Assembly (NCBI GenBank): GCA_964016885.1
Contig: OZ024748.1
Span: 56,916,001-56,980,000, forward strand
Reading direction: 5' to 3'
DNA from: Eledone cirrhosa
Taxonomy: Eukaryota
Length of the DNA: 64,000 nucleotides
Translations under genes and position numbers: made by a program
The notes under the pieces: model-generated
The model's input: only the letters and a program-made list of their open reading frames with translations
Told to the model about the DNA's origin: nothing
Database searches by the model: none
Shown here: positions 29,116 through 42,442 of the stretch, piece by piece
How positions within the stretch are numbered: the stretch's first letter is position 1
Layout: every line of letters starts with the position of its first letter

Positions 29116-30254
29116 AGTAGTAGTAGTAAGGTGTTCGATGCTGCGACAATGGCCAGCAGCGATGTGTGTCAAATGGCTATTAAGATAAGTGTGTGTGTGT
29201 GTGTGTGTGTATATAGCAGAGTCATTCGAAGGTCAAAAGATATTTTTCAGCTTTTGTCTTATACGGAGAAGTGCGTGTGTGTGTGTGTGTGTGTATAAGT
29301 CTCTTTGTATGTTGATGTACGCGTGTGTATGTGTTTGTGTATATGTGTGTATGTGTGTGGGTGGACCAGTATTTTTTTCCCCCTGGTAAAATGGTGTACA
29401 TTATTCGATTTTTTCAGTAAAATCGGTTCTCTTAATAGAACATCAAAAATCTTAACAATAAAAGGTGTGAAATGATATTCACTATATATATATACACACA
29501 TACATATATCCACTACATATATATATATATATACATATATACATACATATATATGCACACATATTTCTTTGTATTGCACCATAGAGCATGTGTGTTTACG
29601 TGTGTCATTGTGTTTATATGTGGGTGGAGATGTGTGCTGATGTAGGTATGTATGTTGACGTGTGTATGTTGTGGGTTCGTCTTAGGGAGAAGTGTTTAGA
29701 CGGGGTCCGTATTTGTTAATGAAGTAAGATTCCTTGCTGATGCGCTGGGTGTGGGTGGCATTATCTTTAAATTTGTAGAGGGGAAAGATTCTGAAGTTGG
29801 GATGATTTTGGGCGGCACAGGTATCAATGTGTTCACTCAGTGGTATTTTCCTGTATTCCCGTATTTTAATTTGGGATCTATGGACAGTCATGCGTTGGCG
29901 GAGGCTGATTTTGGTCTGGCCTATGTATTTTGGTCTGGCCTATGTACCGACCAATCAAAATTGTTTTGACCACAAGCATTTTTGCAACACAAAAATAACG
30001 CTGGAGCCACTTTTTTAACATAAAAACAGGTAGAATTCCCAAAACTAATCAGATCAGAGCAAACAGCACGGACACTCTATCTCAAAATTATTTTTGAAAA
30101 GCATTTAGAAATGCGCAACCGGTAAAAACTTAAAAACTTAAAACCACAACTGAATACTAACCCATACAATCACTAATACTCTTTTATTCCTAATTAAACC
30201 ATTTTTCAACTGTGAACAATTTGTCAGCATTTTCTATTCCGTTTACCAATATAT
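28527..30254 (-). mobile_element. 5'-truncated Penelope-like retroelement with inverted pseudo-LTRs
   Basis: ~310-bp inverted repeats 28561-28870 / 29945-30254; internal ~100-120 bp direct repeat 28787-29012; GIY-YIG remnant inside; (TA)n on both flanks. Confidence 0.85.
29682..29927 (-). pseudogene. C-terminal half of a PLE-type GIY-YIG endonuclease
   Basis: In-frame YIGQTKISLRQRMTVHRSQIK...LSEHIDTC...FRIFPLYK...RISKESYFINKYGPRLN*; the YIG motif, conserved R, E and terminal P.LN are typical of PLE endonucleases. Confidence 0.88.
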
Positions 30255-30350
30255 ATATATATACACACATATATATACATATATATGTGTATATGTATAT
30301 ATATATATATATAATATATATATATATACACATATATATATACATATATA

Positions 30351-30384
<34 letters not shown>

Positions 30385-30395
30385 ATATATATATA

Positions 30396-30442
<47 letters not shown>

Positions 30443-30516
30443 CACATATACACATATATGTATATGTATATATATATATATATGTATTTATATATATATA
30501 TATATGTATATATATG

Positions 30517-30713
30517 TTTATTAAAATAACAGATTAAAGTTTAAGCAAAGAATCTCTGCTTTCACCCTTAAGAAGTTCGCATTAAGGGTGAAAGCAGCGA
30601 TTCTTTGCTTAAACTTTAATCTGTTATTTTAATAAATATTTGCTCTAGGGTTCTTATATATTTGATATATATTTATCTTCATCGAGTCCTCTTTGGATTT
30701 TAGTCTACAAATG
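30517..30713 (+). mobile_element. Short fold-back element (family F) with partial hammerhead
   Basis: 55-bp arms 30517-30571 / 30582-30636 around loop gaagttcgca; GAAA at 30590-30593; unpaired tail. Confidence 0.75.
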
Positions 30714-30734
30714 TATTATTATTACTATTTATAT

Positions 30735-30925
30735 AAGGCGGGATTGGCAGTATCGGTAGAGAGTCGGACGCCATGCTTTGACGCATAGTTACGGCCCTTG
30801 CCATTCTGAGTTCAAATCCCGTCGAGGTTAACTTTGCCTTTCATCCTTACGGGCTCGATAAAATAAAGTACCAGTAATGTACTGGGTATTTGCTGGCCTT
30901 GTGCCAAAAGTAGAAACAATTATTA
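30735..30925 (+). mobile_element. Full-length young OK-like SINE
   Basis: Box A tggcagtatcgg, box B gagttcaaatccc, 3' end agtagaaacaatt; attattactat repeated on both flanks. Confidence 0.93.
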
Positions 30926-32318
30926 CTATAGATATATATAGATATATATATATATATATATATATATAGATATATATATATCCAGGGAGTGTAACGCATT
31001 CTGTCATTACAATAGCAGAGGGACGACGAGCTTTTGATTCCAGCGTCGGGCCAGATCGATACAGATCGAAACGTGAGTTGATCAATAGCGAAACGTGCGT
31101 CACCAATTAATAAGCGTAATGAAGGCATAACAGATCGTCCCTGTATTATTATATTGTATTATTATATTGTGTAGACAACTTTGGTCGGCGGTTTGGTGTT
31201 ACTGTCATTGTTGTTGTTGTCGTTCTTGTTGTTGTTGTAGTTGTTGTCTATAGGTGGTTGTCAACTAAATATATATCCCCCCCCCCCTCCTCAGAGCTCC
31301 TTTTATTGCTTCAACTGTCTACTGGGTTTTTGGCTGCACACAGTTCTTCGTTCTTTTCGTCTTTTTTCGTTGATAGCTTTTTCTAACAAGCGCGACAGCT
31401 GGCAAACCCTTCAAGGAACTCATATGTATGCTGGGCGCACAGGCATTAGGATGTGTGTTTTCCTGCAAGCGACATATCAAATATATCGATTTTCATCTGA
31501 GGAAACCGTTCTCATAATCAACAGCAAATGCTTGAAGGACATCTCGATTGCATGGAGAACCGTGGAAATAATTATTATGATTAAACGATATATGTAACCT
31601 CAGCATCTTATTGTGTTATTTTTATAAAATTCTCCATCGTAACTAAAAACAATCTTTTCCGAACACACAAACACAAACACATATATATACATATATATAT
31701 GAAAACAGGGAGAAAGAGACGATTATTAGGAAGAAAATTATATTTTTCCCCTTTTTATTTATTTATTTCTTTTTTCTTGGATAGAAAATGATTAAAACGA
31801 AATGTTTTACTTTGTGTGAAGTGTTAAGGTATTAGTTGATTTATTTATTAATTAATAATGGCATTTATTTATCTATTTATTTTCATCTGAGAAAACCGTT
31901 CTCATAATCAACAGCAAATGCATGAAGGACATCTCCTATACATACATGAATCACACTTTCGGTATATATGTGTGTTTTATGTCCACACGTATATATGTGT
32001 TCAAATTGATGTATAATACATATAGTTACAGTTGTTCACGAGCTTCCTCATAAATGTCTCTTTATTCTTAAATATTTTAGGGAAAACTTGCTTCCTTGAA
32101 TGGCTGTTTCGTACCTATTCTTTTTAGATTTCCACAGAAATTTATTGTATATGTTCTCCCTGTTAATTCAACATAGTGAATGCACCATTTTCAGTTTCAA
32201 GATACTTTTCAAGCAATGTTGTACTTATAAACACATTTCAAACCGGTCATCAACCGTAGTGGAGTGATCAATTCATCAGCAAAATTAGGATGTATAAAAT
32301 ATAAAAGAAAGAAAACAT

Positions 32319-32515
32319 ATCTATCTATCTATCTAAGGCGGGTAAAATTCCCGAGATCCATGGACGAGTTCTCTCCAGCGGTCTCTGTCCCTCATTATCG
32401 CTGCCATATCCTGCATCTCCAACAGACCAGTGTCTGTCCTTAGGGCATCAACATATGTTAACCTTGGTCTTCCTCTTCTAGTGTGTCCATGTAGGGGCTC
32501 CCAAAGGAGCACTGA
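32319..32515 (-). mobile_element. RTE-clade LINE 3' end (5'-truncated)
   Basis: Minus translation SVLLWEPLHGHTRRGRPRLTYVDALRTDTGLLEMQDMAAIMRDRDRWRELV...PP* (RGRP and DR..WR motifs), then (TAGA)n tail. Confidence 0.85.
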
Positions 32516-32622
32516 GTGCTATGTCAACTCCGCATATATTAACGTATATACACTCATACAAAGATATAGCCTACAAATATGTACGTATATATATATATGT
32601 ACATGTATAATACGTATATATA

Positions 32623-32694
32623 TTGTCGAGTGCTTTATATCAGTCATAAAATATTTACTTGTTGTAACCCAACAATTTTAAATAAAACTTTTGC
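32623..32694 (+). mobile_element. Family A tail-only copy
   Basis: Nearly identical to 19775-19846, ends at the same ttttgc before (TA)n. Confidence 0.85.
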
Positions 32695-32748
32695 ATATAT
32701 ATATATATATGTATATATGTATTTATACATATATGTATTATATACATG

Positions 32749-32850
<102 letters not shown>

Positions 32851-33077
32851 GTAGGTATGTATGTATACGTACATACATATACAGACGTACAGTAGTACGT
32901 CTGTATACATATATGTATGTACGTATACATACATACTTACATTTAAGTAAGTGCCGTACTAAGAGTGGGGAATGAAATTTCGTTTCATTCTATTCCATAC
33001 ATATATATACATATATATGTATATATACATATGTGTATTTTATATATGTGTGAATATATATATACATATATATATAT

Positions 33078-33167
<90 letters not shown>

Positions 33168-33220
33168 TTATATATATATACATATATATATATACATATA
33201 TATATATACATATATATATG

Positions 33221-33257
<37 letters not shown>

Positions 33258-34028
33258 GCATACACACATATAGCCATATAGACATATGGTCATACACCCG
33301 CTAGAAATCTTCTCTGAGTATGTTTTCATTTGCTTTCATTTGTGTTGTTTTATTTCATTTAAAAATTCTATATAGTTTTGTCGTCGTAGTTAGGTTAATT
33401 CGGTCGTTAAATTAGTCTTGGTTTTAGGTACCACCATGTGGACGTATTCCCTAGCGTCAGATCTGTAGTTGTCAGAGACGAGAATAGCAAAAATAAAGGC
33501 ATACAACAAAAACGTCAACATTATTTATAAAGAGAAGCAATAAAAAAAAATAAAAAAAAATTAAATAGATTTTTCTATCTTCTACTTAGATTTAATCTGC
33601 TGTGTAATGAAGAATATGAGAATTGTTAATCTGGACAGCAATCAAGAATACGCGAATAGATAGATGCAATGAATGTGATGAAAATAGAATAATACAAAAC
33701 AAAAGAAGATAAGAAAGTGAAAAAATCCCTAAAAATCTTCTTTTGTGGAAATGACAAATAAAATATTCCCATCAAAAAAGACTAATGATTCTGCCAAGAA
33801 AAAGGCAACAAACTTAGGTATAATGAACGATAAGAAATTCTATTTGGATTTGTATTACTAGCCCTCCAGTTTCAAATTGCTCCTGGGCAAGTTGACTATC
33901 CAACTGTAAATATAATGTTATTTTACAAAAACCGCGTTGCTGTTGTGTATTTAATTCTTTCTATCACAGTATCCTCTCTTACACTTTCGCATATATGTAT
34001 ATGTGTGTGTGTGTGTGTGTATATATAT

Positions 34029-34075
<47 letters not shown>

Positions 34076-34476
34076 TATAAGTGTATAGATACACACGAAC
34101 AAATATATAAATATATCTAAGCATATATATATATATGTACTTATATATATATACATATATATATAGATGTAGATATATATATATACATATATATATATAT
34201 ACATATATATTTATATACATATGTAAATATCTATCTATCTATCTATCTATCTATATACATATATAAAATATATATACATATGTAAATACGTATGTATATT
34301 AGTATGTTAATGTGTGTTGAGAGAGTGTCTGTTTACCTCTAGTTAAGATGCTTAAGTATAATGTGTATTCTGTTCACGTTCGTTAATTTAGAAGTCTGAT
34401 TTTTAGTAATTTGACATTCTATGTTTTTGCCCTCATTTAATGCAGTAACGTGGTTACACCTCCCCTCTCTCTCTCC

Positions 34477-34518
<42 letters not shown>

Positions 34519-34678
34519 TGGTATGTATATATATATATATATATATACATCAAAGCACCCACGCACAGAGGCACACACTCGCGTACGCACTTTTTGTATT
34601 TCTATATCGTACTCACTGCACCAAAGCTGTAGGCAAGACAATGCAATCTGGTTTAACCAAACCAAACCAAACTATGCA

Positions 34679-34727
<49 letters not shown>

Positions 34728-34774
34728 GTGTGTGTGTGTATATATATAATTATATATATATATATATATATGTA

Positions 34775-35085
34775 AATATCACATAAGAAACGGAGAATCA
34801 GTGGTGCGACGAATAGGATTTATTAGACATAATAGAATCGTTTCTCTGGCGACCAGCTCGAAGCACGATCGATGCAATGATCAAACCTGACTCTGAAATC
34901 GTAAAATCCTCAGATATGTCTCGATTCTACGAAGCAGAGTTTCCAATTTTGGAAACTCTAATAAATCCTATTCGTCGCACCACTGATTCTCCATTTTTTA
35001 TGTGATATTATACTCTGCTCTGTAAGAGCATCGAGGGCTCAAACGGCATACCACTTACGGACGCTTTACGCATCCCACACCAATT
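34775..35085 (+). mobile_element. Fold-back element (family G) with ~108-nt insertion in its left arm
   Basis: Arms 34775-34827 / 34957-35009, central hairpin agagtttcc aatttt ggaaactct, tail starting tactc at 35011. Confidence 0.72.
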
Positions 35086-35285
35086 ATATATATATATATG
35101 TGTGTGTATTTATATATATATATATATTGATACATTGAGTGTCTGCGGGGACCAGGTTGACCACACATTAGAATAGCACTTGATACATTGTATGATGTAG
35201 ACAGTATAATATATTGAAGTACAGGATCCTCGACTTCACACACACACACTCACACAGCCCCCCCCCATATATATATATATATATG

Positions 35286-35433
35286 TTTATCCCGGGCTCA
35301 ATCGGGGGCTAGCCACAGTGAGTAAGGTACCAGAAAATGTATAAATATCACCATATTACTTGGACAGTCTGTTTCCTGATGATTTCTCCCAAACGAGACA
35401 GTTCTAGTCCTGTAGAAGCCATTTCTATATTAA
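35286..35433. mobile_element. Family C copy with plus-strand hammerhead motif
   Basis: tttc-CTGATGA(35376-35382)-tttctcccaaac-GAGA-cag ttctagtc ctg-TA-gaagcc; flanked by (TA)n. Confidence 0.7.
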
Positions 35434-35462
35434 ATATATAAATATATATGCGTGTGTGTGTG

Positions 35463-35509
<47 letters not shown>

Positions 35510-35515
35510 ATATAC

Positions 35516-35564
<49 letters not shown>

Positions 35565-35579
35565 AATATATATATATAC

Positions 35580-35629
<50 letters not shown>

Positions 35630-37615
35630 GAAAATGTTTTTTGCTCCACATAGTTACCCACAGTTGAACGTCCAAATGTATAAATTTCCTAATTTCGTTC
35701 TAAAGATATTTAGGCTACAGTCCACTGTTATTAATCTTCTTCAGTTCTGTTCCCTACTTTAGTATATATAAATCAGGCTGTTTTTAGAAGGTTTCTGTAG
35801 CATAGTAGTTTTCTATTGTATCGTTCAACTCTTCCCTTTCGATATTTCCTCGATTGATAGAAAGACCAGTAAGAAAAATAAACCCTATAATAGACAAATT
35901 TGATATTTACGTGATTTGAACTCAAAACAAGAACAATGAAACAATCGTCCTCTCCAACGGGTTTACGATTCTGTGAACTTGGCGCCTTCATGCCTTTAGA
36001 TTTCAGTAATTGCATCTCTAAAACGAGCCAGGAATAGAACGCATTGACTTATTTTATTTATTCCACCTCTCAGAGGTCTGAATTTAGATCGATAAATGGC
36101 AATCACCCTCGTACATATTTCGAAACTATTGCATGAATATCTGAGCAGTGGCAAGGTGCTGGATTGACTAAATCTTTTCGGAAAGCCATTACATTCGCAC
36201 ATTTCCATTGCTGTCTCTATTTATGCATCTTTATTTTCTCTCGTATTTCCATCATATGTTTACACATCCATTACTCCCACCTGGTCTTTCTGTATTTTTC
36301 ACCTTTATAATATTCACCTTTATTTTATTTTATTTCTTAGATGGATATATTTAATGTCCAAAGTTAAGCCTTATATGTCAATTAGAAAAAAAATTCTGAA
36401 ACATTTAAACAGCAACGTAAGATATTTTATCTCTAGTGTACGTCTTCCTCGCTAAAATGCAAATAGAGTATACAGAATGTAAATGCGCCCTGCCGTTAAA
36501 GAAATGTTAAAGTTAATGTCTTTCATAAGCCCAAAGGTTCATTAAGCTTGAGCAGATCTCGAGTACCTTACCATGAAGCAACTAAGCAGATAAGACATTA
36601 TATTAACCCATAACTGCTGGTAATAATTTGTTTAGGGCTTAGAAGTTTGGAACAACGTGAAATTGGGTGATTCTCTCTTCTCAAAGACACAATGCGTCAT
36701 TCGGTTCGGAAATCGCAATTACGATATTATCACCATGCGACAAATATCTTCACCAGTGGGTCACGTGCTTTTGCATAAAAAAGAAACACAAGATAATGTC
36801 CATGCAATGGCAGCGAAATAGACAGGATAATCACGTTTGAAACTATTTTCATCATTGACCTGTTCACTGAATATTGAACTAATGCTACACTACAACTAAA
36901 GTAAATCGAAATATTATATAAATAATTTTCTTAAGAAAACCTAATAATGCTACAGGATTTTGAACTTGGAAGTTGCAGAGAGAACGGAAAGAATTAACGC
37001 AATATAATTAGTCCCATGATTTCAAATCCCACACCGCAGCACACTACTTCCTTTCACCTTTAAACAATGCCAACAAATTAATCTTAACGAAAGAAGACCT
37101 GCATTATATCAATCTAAACGCAACCGTCATTACACGAACATAGACATCAAGACGCCCTTAATAAAGATTAAAACTAAATCTTAATCAGCGCATTGTCATA
37201 TACTTATTACTGTCATATGCTTACCAGTCGATATCATTATATTGAAATTCCACGTGAATATAGTCGTATAATTACTATGGTATAGCATTAGTCGTATTAT
37301 TACAGTCATATATAATATTAGTTAGTAATATTTCATACAGTGGATAATGCATATTCAGAGGAGAGCAATGAAGTCATTAGTGTCGCAGAATTATTCGCTA
37401 ACATGATACAAGGCATATGGCCACTGTGATGATGGTGATCACCTTCATAGAAATTGGCGTCGTCGTCGACATCATCATCGCCATCATCATCATCATCAAC
37501 ATCATCATTATAATAATTATATTCATCATCGTTGTCCTCGTAATTGTCCTTATAATCATTATTATTGTCGTTTCTGTTATTCTTGATGATGTACAGTAAC
37601 TATACATCATAGTCG

Positions 37616-37658
<43 letters not shown>

Positions 37659-37698
37659 TACATACACATACGTATATATAAACATACATATGTATATG

Positions 37699-37765
<67 letters not shown>

Positions 37766-37810
37766 CTATATGTATAATATATACGTATATATATATATAT
37801 ATATATATAT

Positions 37811-38006
37811 GTAACGAAGGAAATGTGGTAAGGAACCAGGTGGACCATAACGCACCAAAGTACTCAATACTTGAGGTAGTAGAGTGGGTAATAGGAACCA
37901 GTAAGACCCCGACAGCTGAGCTCAAGCCGTTTCGACGGCTAATTCTGTCCAGAATTAGCCGTCGAAACGGCTTGAGCTCAGCTGTCGGGGTCTTACTGGT
38001 TCCTAT
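37811..38006 (-). mobile_element. Fold-back element family B (perfect 57-bp arms + tail)
   Basis: 37891-37947 is the exact reverse complement of 37950-38006; unpaired tail 37811-37890; (TA)n both sides. Confidence 0.88.
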
Positions 38007-38009
38007 ATA

Positions 38010-38096
<87 letters not shown>

Positions 38097-38110
38097 ATAT
38101 ATGTATATAC

Positions 38111-38194
<84 letters not shown>

Positions 38195-38210
38195 AAAATA
38201 TAAATACATA

Positions 38211-38678
38211 ATCGGAGAAAGCTAACAGCGAACTCCAGCCAAATTCCAACTCACTCAACAAACTTTAGGAAATACCTGAGTATATTCCTAATTAAACGTT
38301 CGGGTGCTAATTAATTGTATTGTGTGGAAAATTGGCTGTATCATTTCATATGAGATGTATCAAATACATCTCTTCCCAGACGGACGTCTCGTTTCATTAT
38401 AAGATTTCTACAAGTTGGGTGAAATTATACCAATTTATGTAGAAGCTTGTATAAGATCAACAGATACTTATTCAAGTGGGCTCTTATAATTCTTCAGTGG
38501 GTGCCCAATAATATTAATATTGATAACCTAATCAACATCAATATTTAGCGATAATCACCATCAGTGCTTGAGGGAGCTGCTAGGTTGTTAGTCCAGCAGT
38601 TCTAACGAAAATCTCACACTGTCTCGAAAATAGGAGGAATGAGATTACTGCCAAAAAGCAATACATGCGCAGGTCAAT
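38211..38678 (-). mobile_element. Family E copy 1 with long-stem-II hammerhead motif
   Basis: Colinear with 55840-56330; minus: ccca-CTGAAGA-attataaga...tcttataat-GAAA-cgagacg-TC. Confidence 0.75.
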
Positions 38679-38890
38679 GAATTCTGAAAAGAATTCAAGC
38701 TACGTGCTAGAACTCAATTGGATTTGAAAAAATAACCATATGTGCGCATCGCTGGATGACACACATAGATATTTTCTCGGGCAAAATAACAGAATGAGAT
38801 ACAAGAACAGACAATCAATATTCATATAAAATTATATATGTATATATATAAATATATATATATGTATGTTTATATGTCTAAATATAAATG

Positions 38891-38931
<41 letters not shown>

Positions 38932-38932
38932 T

Positions 38933-39096
38933 AAATGGCGTCTACGAGGCTAGAACTGTTTCAATCGAAGGAAATCATCAGGAACGGGCTTTCCTGAGGG
39001 CTTCCTTCGAAATGAAATAGTACTAGTCCTGTAGAAGCCTTTTCTATATTAAACCGTTATACTCTACTATGTATTGAGTACCCAATTGAAGCCAAT

Positions 39097-39097
<1 letters not shown>
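38933..39097 (+). mobile_element. Family C fold-back copy with tail
   Basis: Imperfect arms ~38933-38983 / ~38991-39043, each with a degenerate HHR; tail with tactc(39060)...gagta(39076). Confidence 0.75.
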
Positions 39098-39183
<86 letters not shown>

Positions 39184-39379
39184 TACATGTAATTCATTGT
39201 CCCACTTTGTATAATGCTAAGTCCCTCTGACAACTACATAAAAAGTATATGTATTACTAGATTACGAAGTCACTTACACGTTAATATCATGAGTATGTAG
39301 CTCCACTGATTAAATCATATGAAGCACTCGTCGTCAACATTTCCATATATACATTGACACATACATAGTCCATTCATAC

Positions 39380-39737
39380 ATAAAAAAAACACGTTCATAC
39401 ATACATATCCATGCATACATACACACATATATACATTCACACATACATACTGCATTCATACATACAAAAACACTTTCATATATTTATATATATATATATA
39501 TATATACATGCATACATACACACATATATACATACAAAAATACTTACATACATAGATGTATACATGTATACATACACATATATATTACTTACATACATAC
39601 AAACATAGATACTTACATACGTACATACATACCTATATACATACATACATACATACATACTTACATACGCACGTACATAATATATTGATATATACAACTC
39701 TCACATACATACATACATACATACATACATACATACA

Positions 39738-39768
<31 letters not shown>

Positions 39769-39967
39769 CCATATATACATATATACGTAAATAATATATA
39801 CATACATAGATATCCATATATATATATACGTACACCATATATACATACATACAATTCAATACATACCAACAAATAAACATAACTCTACATACATACGTAC
39901 ATAATATATTCATACATACTATAATATGTACATACATATATACATACATACATACATATATACATAT

Positions 39968-39998
<31 letters not shown>

Positions 39999-40052
39999 CA
40001 TACATACATACATACATACATTCATATATACATACATACATACATATATACA
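39380..40052. repeat. Degenerate (TACA)n tetranucleotide tract
   Basis: Direct observation. Confidence 0.9.
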
Positions 40053-40409
40053 TGCATCTTACGTTGACATTGATTCTGAATGGCAGCAGCTCGAAGGCGG
40101 GAAAGAGTTCATTCTATTCTCTATTTGACACCATCTGTAAAGAATGACTAATTACTACCAATATTAAGTTGATGAAAGAGTTACTCCCCTTATCTCTACT
40201 TCATTTTTTTTCACTTTTTTGGAGTGTGTAGGGGGGGGGGGGGTACTCATCAGAAAGTGGGTTTTTTTTCCACCATTTTCCCGATATTTTTCGTGAAGCT
40301 ACTTTCGTTTTTTTTCTCTTCGATTTAGATAACGTATTTTCTTATATTGTTTATTGTTTTATTTTGTGCAATTTTTGTTGCCTAGTAACTTTTTCATTAT
40401 TTTGGCGGG

Positions 40410-40450
<41 letters not shown>

Positions 40451-41077
40451 TTCTCCTGTACTCTTATTAATCGTTTTCTTCTATTACTTTGCCAATTTGT
40501 TTTTATATTCTCTGCCGGGAGTTATGTTTCCTTACTTTCACTTCTCTTCTGGACAGGTCTCTTCTATTTTCTTTATTTTACTATGTTTTCTTCTAGGGTT
40601 ATTTAACCTTCGTTGACAACTGTAGCATTATTTATAATGTTTTCACTGAGACCCAAATGATGTTGATCCACCCGTCTTCATTCATATAGGTCGAAAATAT
40701 AAAAGTAACTAACACATTAAGCATCTTCCTCTTCGTTGTCATGGTTATCATGATTAGTATATAGATATATCAGTCGGTGAAGTCCTAGAGTTGTGTATTG
40801 ATACTTGAATCTGATTACTGAGCCATGAGTTCAAATCTCACCGATTTCATCGCTGACTTTCTTTATCAATAAATGAAATACCTGTCAATGTGTGCAAGAT
40901 TGTCATAAGTATTAAAGGATCCAGCGTGGTCCTTTTTAGTATCTAATAAGGTCTCATGTATTCTGAGATCAAATCCGCCTCTTTCAGCTTTTTAAAAATA
41001 ATATAGACCACGTACGATATATTCTATGATTTACCACTTATAAAGAAATAGTTGGAATGTCTGTTTTTCTAGTCACA

Positions 41078-41282
41078 TACAAAAGGTAGGATGGTAAGTC
41101 CATAGAGTGACAATGAAGCTATGATGCTGACGCTATCAAATCTTGCATGCATTGATTTCATCCCTTTATATTAATAAATATTTTTTTCTTTTCAGTGGCT
41201 CTGTTGAAAAATAAACCGCATTTGGTCATTTCATAAGAGAATCTTAAGTCAATCAATGAACTTTCCAACCTATAAGCCTTTG
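41078..41282. mobile_element. Tc1/mariner-like MITE, copy 3 (diverged)
   Basis: Shares tgaag..tgatgct..gctat.aaatcttg..tgcatt.atttca and catttggtcatt...atgaacttt with 11041-11233. Confidence 0.55.
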
Positions 41283-41794
41283 AGTCGACCCTCGTACATA
41301 TCTGGATTATACTCTGGTGCTTCCATTATTTTCAGTCCAGAAATTAGAAGTATGTTTGAATAAAAGATATTTAAAATTAATTCCAATTGCATATAAAATG
41401 TATTTAATCATTTACATATTATTTATTCCTCCTATCCATGTGGGGTAATAATGTCGAATCCTACATAATAGAGTTGCTTAAGCAATTGTCTGATATATGG
41501 TCAAGTTTCTTAAGTCTTGCAATTAAATTCCTCTTGTTAGATGTGTACTGTTAAGACATTTCAACGTCACTCATCACCATGCTACCAGTACGATCTGCAA
41601 CTGATATAGAAGCTAATTGCATAAAATGTCTAATGACATGAATGAGTGTCTGGGGTGATGAGGTAAACAAAATATATAGATACTTCTAATGTCTTGCTTT
41701 AAGGGACATTTTTATATACCTATATCTATATATATATATCTATCTATCTATATATCTATATACATTTATATTTATCTATCTATATATATATATA

Positions 41795-41986
41795 ACCAAA
41801 GATTAATATGGTTCGTTGATTACTCAATGAATACAATTTTACAATAGATTAAAAGCACTCAACAAAAAAGTGTTCCTGGAGTTTTTAATATTATACAAAA
41901 TATTAACAAATGAAGGATATTCAGGTAATCAAAATATATATTTTGATTATGTGAATATCCTTCATTTGTTAATATTTTGTATAATA
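41795..41986 (-). mobile_element. Family A-related short fold-back element
   Basis: Palindrome 41889-41986 centred on tatata (41935-41940), shares tattaacaaatg with family A; tail on left with gttgagtgcttt on minus. Confidence 0.72.
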
Positions 41987-41995
41987 CATATATAT

Positions 41996-42114
<119 letters not shown>

Positions 42115-42326
42115 CATATATGTATATATAAATACACACACACATACACCCCCCCCCACATATATATATATATATATATAAATATATATGTGACATCCAT
42201 CTCTAATTAAAAATACACTCAACGCTCTACAGTAAAACTAAATATGTGCACTCTGAACACGTGACTGCAGATGCATAAATGCAATTTTGTAGATTTTTTG
42301 AGTGTGGTGGACGCTGGACGAAGAAC

Positions 42327-42372
<46 letters not shown>

Positions 42373-42442
42373 ATATATATATATATATGTGTGTGTGTAT
42401 GTGTTTGTATATATATATATATATATATATGTGTGTATATAT

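Noticed and set aside
29945-30254. Hammerhead motif in the pLTR of the coding PLE
   Set aside because: Only a weak ttgaaaa...gaaatgcgca resemblance; no CUGANGA or convincing stems found by eye.
31055-31105. GAAA-cgtgcg-TC hammerhead-like 3' half
   Set aside because: No CUGANGA upstream and no second copy in the window to support it.
31241-31597. 118-aa ORF in unique sequence
   Set aside because: Non-ATG start, no recognisable motif, part of it duplicated nearby.
33430-33462. Possible minus-strand micro-exon (SDAREYVHMV)
   Set aside because: Weak donor, and the flanking ctctgacaactaca recurs near 39225, suggesting repeat origin.
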